Assembly (NCBI GenBank): GCA_045602345.1
Contig: JAZSBI010000012.1
Span: 17 to 64,016, forward strand
DNA from: Acutalibacteraceae bacterium
Lineage (GTDB): Bacteria > Bacillota > Clostridia > Oscillospirales > Acutalibacteraceae
Direction: 5' to 3'
DNA length: 64,000 nucleotides
Shown piece by piece: positions 17,674 through 24,700 of this stretch. Numbering within the stretch: position 1 is the first letter of the stretch; each line of letters opens with the position of its first letter. The position numbers and the translations under genes are program-made. A model generated the notes under the pieces. The model did no database searches. It worked only from the letters and a program-made list of their open reading frames with translations, and had not been told where the DNA came from.

Positions 17674-17765
17674 GTGACAAAACAGAACTATCTTTGTTAT
17701 AATAGACTAGATTTGTTCTGCAAGAGCAGTCTTAAAACTTTGTTTTCAGGCTGCTCTTTTTTTTT
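17674..17765 (+). promoter_or_regulatory. promoter plus leader hairpin plus overlapping terminator, copy B
   Basis: GTGACA-18-TATAAT. Hairpin 17714-17728 (TGTTCT-GCA-AGAGCA). Terminator arms 17723-17732/17748-17757, then T9. Confidence 0.7.
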
Positions 17766-17791
17766 GTGCCTGAAATTAAAAGGGGTACAAA

Positions 17792-18883
17792 TTGCAGGTT
17801 GTTTATGTTATCAGAAAATCAGTTCTAAAATCATTCAGTTTTTTCAATCCTCTTGAAATTATAAAAAGTGGCCGCGCCTTGCCCGTTGGTACAATCAGAG
17901 AATGGAAAGGAAAAAAATACAAAAAAATTACTCCACAAAAATGGGTTGAAGTTAAAGAACAAAGAAAACACGGTGATTTGATACCCGAAGAAAAATTTAA
18001 TGCGAATAACTACAAAAATAAGTTTACAGATCCTAAGTGTACGAATGATGCAGCCGGAATAAAACATGTTTACTCTTTGCTCGGCGAAGAAGGACGTGCA
18101 ACACAAGCAATGGTTGAAAAGAAACTGAACGAACAAAGCCACAGACTTAAAAATGGCGATACACAAATCCGTAACATGCACAATATCAAATACGATGAAA
18201 ACGGTAAATTTGTTTCAGGTGAATGGAACGAAGAAAGAAAGAAGCTTCATCTTGAAATAATTAAAAAGATTCTCACGCCTGAAAAAGTAAATGCTTGCAA
18301 GCCGAAAAACGGAGAAAAGCCTAAGTTCATAATGTTCGGCGGCCGTGGTGGAAGCGGTAAGTCTTGGTTTACTGATAAAGAAAGAGCTGTAAAAGAAGGG
18401 CGCAAAGTTATGTTTGATAGTGACAATTACCTTATACTTGATGCTGACGAAATCAAAAAAGCTTTGCCGGAATTTCAGGGCTGGAACGCCGGAGAAGTTC
18501 ACGAAGAATCTTCTTTCTTGATGAAAGAAATTAAGAAAAATGCTATGGCGCAAGGGTTAAACATTATCATTGACGGCACAATGAATTATAACGAGAAAAA
18601 GCCGGACAAAGTAAGAAACGAAATGCTGGAAGCTAAATCAAAAGGCTATTCTCTTGAAGCGCATTATATGTTTACGCCGATTCAAAAAAGCTGCTTAAAT
18701 GCAATGAACAGATTCAAGACAAAAAAAGGCGATTTTTCAGGGCGTTTAGTTCCTACAGACATTCTTTTAGGTATGCAGGATAACGAAAAATCTTTTGATT
18801 CTGTCAAAGATATTGTTGATGATTGGACTTTCCGGGATAACCAAAACTATGATGCAAAGCTTGTCGCAAGAAAAGGTTTTTAG
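17792..18883 (+). CDS. zeta-toxin-like P-loop kinase with conserved N-terminal tag
   Basis: TTG start with AAAGGGG SD; the start is supported by alignment of its N-terminus to 21762 and 46841. Walker A FGGRGGSGKSWF, IIDGTM, FSGRLVP. Confidence 0.75.
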   Translation: MQVVYVIRKSVLKSFSFFNPLEIIKSGRALPVGTIREWKGKKYKKITPQKWVEVKEQRKHGDLIPEEKFNANNYKNKFTDPKCTNDAAGIKHVYSLLGEEGRATQAMVEKKLNEQSHRLKNGDTQIRNMHNIKYDENGKFVSGEWNEERKKLHLEIIKKILTPEKVNACKPKNGEKPKFIMFGGRGGSGKSWFTDKERAVKEGRKVMFDSDNYLILDADEIKKALPEFQGWNAGEVHEESSFLMKEIKKNAMAQGLNIIIDGTMNYNEKKPDKVRNEMLEAKSKGYSLEAHYMFTPIQKSCLNAMNRFKTKKGDFSGRLVPTDILLGMQDNEKSFDSVKDIVDDWTFRDNQNYDAKLVARKGF

Positions 18884-18894
18884 AGCAATACAAC

Positions 18895-18923
18895 TTGACC
18901 GAATAACAAAATTGAGTTAATAT
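18895..18923 (+). promoter_or_regulatory. candidate promoter of a mini-cassette
   Basis: TTGACC-17-TAATAT, followed by the strong SD GGAGGT. Confidence 0.4.
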
Positions 18924-18941
18924 AATAATGGAGGTGGTTTC

Positions 18942-19094
18942 ATGGATGATAAAAGAATTAAAGAAATCGTGAACGATCCTAATACTTGGGAATGGGATGG
19001 CTGCACTTATAACGAAGCCAACATTGACTCAAGTTATCTTGATGATACTTTCAAAGAAATCTTTGAAAAAGCGGAAAAATTAAGAAAGAAATAG
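18942..19094 (+). CDS. hypothetical small protein (50 aa)
   Basis: Hand translation MDDKRIKEIVNDPNTWEWDGCTYNEANIDSSYLDDTFKEIFEKAEKLRKK*. GGAGGT lies 6 nt upstream. Confidence 0.45.
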   Translation: MDDKRIKEIVNDPNTWEWDGCTYNEANIDSSYLDDTFKEIFEKAEKLRKK

Positions 19095-19180
19095 TGTTTG
19101 TGCCGTAGCAGAGTTAAATAAACTTGAAGCTGCTTACGAAGCTTATAAAGCTAATAAACAAAAAACTGAATGACAATTCA

Positions 19181-19206
19181 AGCCGTGATAAATCACGGCT
19201 TTTTTA
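19181..19206 (+). terminator. intrinsic terminator
   Basis: AGCCGTGA-taaa-TCACGGCT followed by TTTTTT. Confidence 0.65.
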
Positions 19207-19207
19207 T

Positions 19208-19507
19208 TTAAATTTCAAATAAAAGTTGCGAATTTCTAAAGTTTTGACCGCGCCTTTCTGCTGCCTGTTGTTTTTCAAGCCATTTTCTTGTACATTCAGG
19301 ACAGAGACCATTGAATTTTTTATTTTTCAAATCTACATCTGACAAAAGACAAAATTCTTTAAGCGTGGATAATGGCAGGTGTAATTCTTTTCCGCACTCC
19401 GCGCAAACATACGGCTCAAATGTTGGGTGTAAGAGTTTTACAATATCTTGACTGAATAAGGTCTTTTCACCGCGCGCTTTTATTTTCCATATTTCCCGAT
19501 CCTTCAT
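19208..19507 (-). CDS. hypothetical zinc-ribbon protein
   Basis: CAECG...CPEC. Sits 4 nt downstream of the HTH gene on the minus strand. Confidence 0.6.
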   Translation of the reverse strand: MKDREIWKIKARGEKTLFSQDIVKLLHPTFEPYVCAECGKELHLPLSTLKEFCLLSDVDLKNKKFNGLCPECTRKWLEKQQAAERRGQNFRNSQLLFEI

Positions 19508-19510
19508 AAG

Positions 19511-19732
19511 CTATCCTTTAATTACGGATTCTTTTGTGTTCTTATCCAAAACCTCAAACTTTAATTCACAATCCAGAGCTGCAAGAACATTTTCAAAATC
19601 TGAAACTTTCATATCATTCCTGTAGAGCTTGTTAAAAAGATTCTGCTTTGAGAATCCCATTTTAACGGATAATTCTGCAACGGTAATATTTCGCTTTACA
19701 CATATAATCTTGATAATTTCGCTTACGTTCAT
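19511..19732 (-). CDS. XRE-family HTH regulator
   Basis: Contains ITVAELSVKMGFSKQNLFNKLYRNDMKVSDFENVLAAL. Confidence 0.7.
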   Translation of the reverse strand: MNVSEIIKIICVKRNITVAELSVKMGFSKQNLFNKLYRNDMKVSDFENVLAALDCELKFEVLDKNTKESVIKG

Positions 19733-19741
19733 AAGGGATAT

Positions 19742-19837
19742 ATTAAACTAAATAATTCAATAAATCAATAAAAAAATTGAACGGTTTTACAAAATAGTTT
19801 AATTCAATGATTGACAGATTAAACTAGATAGTTTAAT
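19742..19837. promoter_or_regulatory. operator-like 9-bp sites (4 copies) around a divergent promoter region
   Basis: ATTAAACTA at 19742-50 and 19818-26. Its complement TAGTTTAAT is at 19795-803 and 19829-37. TTGACA at 19811-16. Confidence 0.5.
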
Positions 19838-19880
19838 ATTAAGGTGTAAGGCGGTTTGGAAGCCTTGCAAGGAGTTGCAA

Positions 19881-20195
19881 ATGGAAAACTACATTGTTTT
19901 GAAGAACATCGAGATTGATGGCGGTTACAAGATTGATTTTGAGGAAGTTGAAAAGAGAATCCCGGAAATGGATATTTCAGAGAGCGACAAAAAGCAGTTG
20001 GGCGAGTATGTGCAGGAATGTAAAAAGCATGATTTGACATTCGCTTTTCGGTTCAGTGCTTTTGTAAAGCAGACTTGCGGACACTGGGAACACTTGCAGC
20101 TTGCACATGAGGAATGGGTAAATGACCACATCGGAAACGGCAGGTGTACAAGATGCATTTGCGGTTACTGGGATTTGATGAAGAAAAGAGCATAA
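19881..20195 (+). CDS. hypothetical Cys/His-rich protein
   Basis: ATG 19881 with AAGGAG 6 nt upstream. In frame with track ORF 19875. Confidence 0.6.
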   Translation: MENYIVLKNIEIDGGYKIDFEEVEKRIPEMDISESDKKQLGEYVQECKKHDLTFAFRFSAFVKQTCGHWEHLQLAHEEWVNDHIGNGRCTRCICGYWDLMKKRA

Positions 20196-20271
20196 ATCAA
20201 CGCGCCGGGCGTTATCCCGGCTAAAAGGTTTATACATACCTGAAAAATCTTGAAAAGGCATGGGGTGCGGT

Positions 20272-20430
20272 ATGATGTACAATGTTTGCAAATGGTTGCA
20301 TAACGGCAAAATGACCGTGAGGGTTACGGACTGGACTATTGGAGAAGTTCTTTTTAGCGGTTCTTACAATGAGTGTTTAGACTATTGCAAGAATAATAAA
20401 CTTTATCACTGGGAGCAGGAAGATGTTTGA
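20272..20430 (+). CDS. hypothetical small protein (52 aa)
   Basis: Hand translation MMYNVCKWLHNGKMTVRVTDWTIGEVLFSGSYNECLDYCKNNKLYHWEQEDV*. Overlaps the next start. Confidence 0.35.
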   Translation: MMYNVCKWLHNGKMTVRVTDWTIGEVLFSGSYNECLDYCKNNKLYHWEQEDV

Positions 20431-20731
20431 AATGAAACTTGACGACAAAACAATTAAGGTTATGCAGCTTGAAGACTGGAAGACTAGCATTGAAAATGAC
20501 TTCAAGCCTGGAGATTACTTTGACGAAGGTATAGCATGGGATTTGATAAATTGCGTACCACCGCTGACTTTTTCATGCGGTTATTTTCAGTGTGGAGAGC
20601 CGCACTCTTTTGTAAACGGAAAGCAGACATACTTAACACTTTTGAAAGTGAATAAAAATCCGGAAGTTTGGCAGTTTTTAGGGTATTGCCACGCCGGGCA
20701 GCTTGTAACGCCTGACAAAAAAAATGATTAA
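20423..20731 (+). CDS. hypothetical protein
   Basis: ORF track only. Confidence 0.6.
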   Translation: MFEMKLDDKTIKVMQLEDWKTSIENDFKPGDYFDEGIAWDLINCVPPLTFSCGYFQCGEPHSFVNGKQTYLTLLKVNKNPEVWQFLGYCHAGQLVTPDKKND

Positions 20732-20743
20732 AGGAATTACATT

Positions 20744-21304
20744 ATGAGCATGACAATTCAGAAAGCAATTATTTTCGCTACTCTTAAACACGAGGGGCAG
20801 AAAAGAAAAGGAACTGACATTCCTTATATTGTTCACCCTATGGAAGTAATGCAGATTTTAACAGATTTGCAATGTAGTGAAAATGTAATTATAGCCGGTA
20901 TTCTGCATGATACACTTGAAGACACAAATACAACGCCGGAAGAAATAGAAAAGTTGTTCGGCCCTGATATTCTTGCAATTGTAAAAACTGAAAGTGAAGA
21001 TAAAACAAAGACTTGGAAAGAACGGAAAACCGCTACAATTGAAGACCTGCAGCACGCTGAACCAGAAACTAAAATAGTTTGCTTTGCTGATAAGTTTTCA
21101 AATATAAAAAGTATGTACCGTGATAAACTGGATATAGGCGCGGAATTATGGAAGCGTTTCAACGCTGACAAAGATTCTATCAAATGGTATTACAGCAGTA
21201 TTGCCGCGGCCTTATCAACGCCGGGCGTTAAAATGAATAATAAACGGTATGATGAGCTTTATAATGAATTTCTGGATTTGATTGATGCAGTTTTTCAGCA
21301 ATAA
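20744..21304 (+). CDS. RelA/SpoT-type HD-domain protein (small alarmone hydrolase-like)
   Basis: ATLKHEGQKRKGTDIPYIVHPMEVMQILTDL...IIAGILHDTLEDTNTTPEEIEKLFGPDILAIV matches the (p)ppGpp hydrolase HD signature. No synthetase domain is present. Confidence 0.8.
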   Translation: MSMTIQKAIIFATLKHEGQKRKGTDIPYIVHPMEVMQILTDLQCSENVIIAGILHDTLEDTNTTPEEIEKLFGPDILAIVKTESEDKTKTWKERKTATIEDLQHAEPETKIVCFADKFSNIKSMYRDKLDIGAELWKRFNADKDSIKWYYSSIAAALSTPGVKMNNKRYDELYNEFLDLIDAVFQQ

Positions 21305-21376
21305 ATAAAAGCTCTTTTCATTCTATTATTTTTCCGGTTTCTTTTTTATTTTGAATGCTTTGCCGATAATTTCAGC

Positions 21377-21610
21377 ATGAGATATGAATATTGTTTAACG
21401 CCACAAGGCAGACATGCCGAAGCTGAGTTTTTCCGCAAAAACAAAAAAGATTGGGTAAAAGTGAAATTATTTGCTTATCATTCATCTTATGAGTTTTGTT
21501 TAGAAAAAACAAGTTTTGAAGATGCGCTAAAATATCTTGATGATAACATTGAAGACATTGAACGAATAGAGGACAAGCATTTTGAGCAATGGAGTGAATT
21601 AAACGATTGA
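21377..21610 (+). CDS. hypothetical protein
   Basis: ORF track only. Confidence 0.5.
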   Translation: MRYEYCLTPQGRHAEAEFFRKNKKDWVKVKLFAYHSSYEFCLEKTSFEDALKYLDDNIEDIERIEDKHFEQWSELND

Positions 21611-21645
21611 TGCAGTTTTTCGATAAATTGTAACCGCGTTTTATA

Positions 21646-21736
21646 TCGACAACAAAAATGAAATAAGCTATAATTACAGCATGATTTGTCTTGCAAAGAC
21701 AGTCTAACTTTGATTAGTTCAGACTGTCTTTTTTTT
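21646..21736 (+). promoter_or_regulatory. promoter plus leader hairpin plus overlapping terminator, copy C
   Basis: TCGACA-17-TATAAT. Perfect hairpin 21687-21701 (TGTCTT-GCA-AAGACA). Perfect 10-bp terminator stem 21696-21705/21721-21730, then T8. Confidence 0.75.
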
Positions 21737-21761
21737 ATGTCTGGACTTTGGGAGTACAGGC

Positions 21762-24700
21762 ATGTCAAGAATTATATATACAGTTGATAAATCAGTTCTT
21801 AGCTCATTTACTTTTTTCAAGCCTAATCAAATCATAGAAAAAGCTGCTAAAGGCAGCCAAAAAGCAGAACATGAATATTTGTACAGATACCCAAATTCTA
21901 AAGGGGGCTGGAATTACATCTATAAAGGTGAAGTTGAAAAGGTTAAAAAATTATTCCAGAACCCTATTGAAAAACTTTCTACAATTTTTCAATTTGCAAA
22001 AGAAAAAGTTCATACCCTCTATGTGAATCATGGAATCAAAGCATCTTATAATGCTACAGAAAAAGACTTTGCAAAGCATATTCTTGAATACAAACTTAAT
22101 AAAGAACGCTGGGATAAGCGCTTTGAAAAACTTGAAGCAAACCAGAAGCATAAAAGCCCGGTAAAACTTAACGGCGGCAAAACAACACAGCGCATTCAAA
22201 AAGAAGTAAAAGAAGTAACAGGACAGGATAAAAAAGAACCAGGCGAATTTAAACCCAATGCTTCTTTAATGCGCAAAGTTTGGGCAATATTCAACAAGGA
22301 AAAGGCAGCCGAAAGCGATAGAAAAGCTGAAAGTGAAAATCAGAAAAAAGTCAAAGAAACATTCGATGCTTATGCAGATGTTTTGAAAAACGGCGGCAGA
22401 CTAAATATTTCAAACCCGAAACTAGGAAACGTTGTATTTGATGCAGGTGTTTTAGGTGACTTAACGAAGAAAAATAAAGGCGGTTTCGGCATAAGGCATC
22501 TTATTGCAAGCCGGTATTTAAAAGACGGCATGAATACAGATGATATTTGTGCATTGCTGTACTTGGTAAAAGATACTGTTGAAACGGCTTTGCCGCCGGA
22601 CACTGAAAAATCAAAAATCAATCTTAAAAAAGATGGAATCTGGGTCGGAATCTCAAAAGAATGGAACGGTGAAAAAGAAAACTGGATTATTACAGGTTTT
22701 CCTGAAAATGACAGTGAAGGAAATATTACAAAAGAAGCGGCAGATACCATAAAGACGGTAAACGCACAATATGGCTATGCACTTGAACACTCTCCTATCC
22801 GCGAACAAGTGGGGGCTGTCATTGCTTCTATCAATACTATAGCATCGGCTGATAATTCTGTCAAACCAAAAGAATCAGAAATCGAAGCGCATGAAAACCG
22901 CCCACAGGCAATGTTGGGCAATGACAATGCTAAGAAAGACTTTACGGAAGCGGATAAGGAACTTGCCCTTAGTCATATTAAAAATGATGCTGTAAAAATG
23001 CTAGAAATTCCGTATGAAAGAAAGGAATATGAAAAACTTTTTCCGCGTGGCGAGGTAAAAACACCTTTTGAAACTGTAAAGCTCGGAGAGCATCAGTTTG
23101 AAAGGCTTGCCGCAAAAGACGGTGGAACAAGAAAAAATCTTATCGGCGCGATGTATCAGACATTGAAAGAGCCTTGTGCCGTGATTGAAGATGTCGATAA
23201 ACAGGGCAGAGAAGCAAAGCTCTATATTAAATCGTTCATCGGAGAGAATAAGAACAAATTTACGCTTGCTGTTGTTGTCGATATTGACGGCAAGCCTGTT
23301 TCTGTATCTTTTGGGGAAAGAAAAGAAAAGCAGATTGAGCAAAAAATAAAAATGGCTGCCCGGTTCTACTATGTAGCGGCGGACAGCCCGACTATTGGAA
23401 CCGGTCAAGAACCGTTGCCCAACAGCTCAAATATATCATCAATCGGCGGTTCTGTCAAACTTAGCGAGGGTGACAGGGTTTCGCAGAACGGCGATACAGG
23501 CGTTATCACAAACGATTTTAAGAACGGTTTAGTTTTTGTTGAATTTGACAATGGAAGTAAAGGCCGTGTCAAAGTATCAAAATTGAAGAAAATTGACGAA
23601 CCAAAAGAACCCGAAACCGAAACTGTCAAACCAAAAGAATCAGAAATCGAAGCCCATGAAAACCGCAGCCGGGCCATGCTTGGCAATCAGAACGCTCGTA
23701 AATATGGTATTTCAGACAAATCTTGGAATTATTTACAGCGACATTTTGAAGAATTTGAAAACGCTGGTAGAAATATAATAACTGATACAGGCGCTATCGA
23801 TTCAGATTTTTATAGAGCTGTTATGAACCCTGATACATACCTGACACCAGAGCAACAGAAAGAAAAATTTGCTGCTACGGATGAATTTGACGCTGTATTT
23901 GCTCAAAATGGTTTCAAAAAAGTATCTGAAATGCTGATAGCAATGTATAATGATTATAAGGGGGCTACAAATGCAGAAAATAACACTGGAATTGAGCCGG
24001 GAAGACTATCCGATTCTAATGAGCCGGTACAGTCTGAACAACTTGAAGGAAATAGCAATAAAGATGTGCATAGCACAGAAAATCGAGCTGACAGAAACGA
24101 ACCTTTATTCAGTTCTGACGAATCTGGAAATGGACTTGGAAGACCAAACAGCACAAGCGACAGAGGACGAGGACGAATAACAAAAGCACAGGCGCGTAAA
24201 ATACGCGAACAGTGCCGCGAAATACTCAAGAAACCCGATTCAGAAATAACAGAATCAGATAAAGAGATATTATCTCAATATGTTGGAGCTGGTGGAACAG
24301 ACGAAGAAGACAGTTCTAACAGCGGTGTTCTTTATGAATTCTACACGCCGCGCAATGTCATTAAAAAAGTATGGCAGCTTGTTGATAAATACAATCCAAA
24401 CAAAAACAAAAAAGTCATTGAACCGTCTAGCGGTATAGGGCGCTTTGCAGAAGACAGAACGGAAAACTTCACATTGTTTGAACTTGAAGAAGAATCGGCT
24501 AGAATAGCTCGAATTCTTCATCCTGATGCAGAAGTAGTACAAGGCGCATTCCAAAAGAACTTTATGAAGCAGGAAAACGGGCGCTTTGCTGATAAAAACT
24601 TTGACAAATTCGACGTAGCTGTAGGCAATCCGCCTTATGGTAGATATGAAGGTATCTACAAGGGCCGCGGAGAAGGCAAAGAATTCAAACGTTACGAATC

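Noticed and set aside
19095-19180. An open frame encoding ...AVAELNKLEAAYEAYKANKQKTE* after the 50-aa ORF, considered as a possible frameshift extension.
   Set aside because: It has no start codon and no convincing slippery site, and it is only about 28 codons long. Evidence is insufficient.
21687-21701. Reading the 15-nt inverted repeat as a DNA operator palindrome for a dimeric regulator.
   Set aside because: Five of seven copies are imperfect as DNA palindromes. Every imperfection is a T:G pair on the + strand (a G-U wobble). The stem sequence changes while pairing is kept, which is the pattern expected for RNA structure. A DNA role cannot be fully excluded.
21685-21703. Reading the conserved TTTG of the leader element as a Bacteroidetes-type -7 promoter box (TAnnTTTG).
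   Set aside because: Genes here have strong Shine-Dalgarno sites, which is atypical for Bacteroidetes. Classical -35/-10 hexamers with 17-18 nt spacing sit at a fixed distance upstream. Only some copies fit TAnnTTTG.
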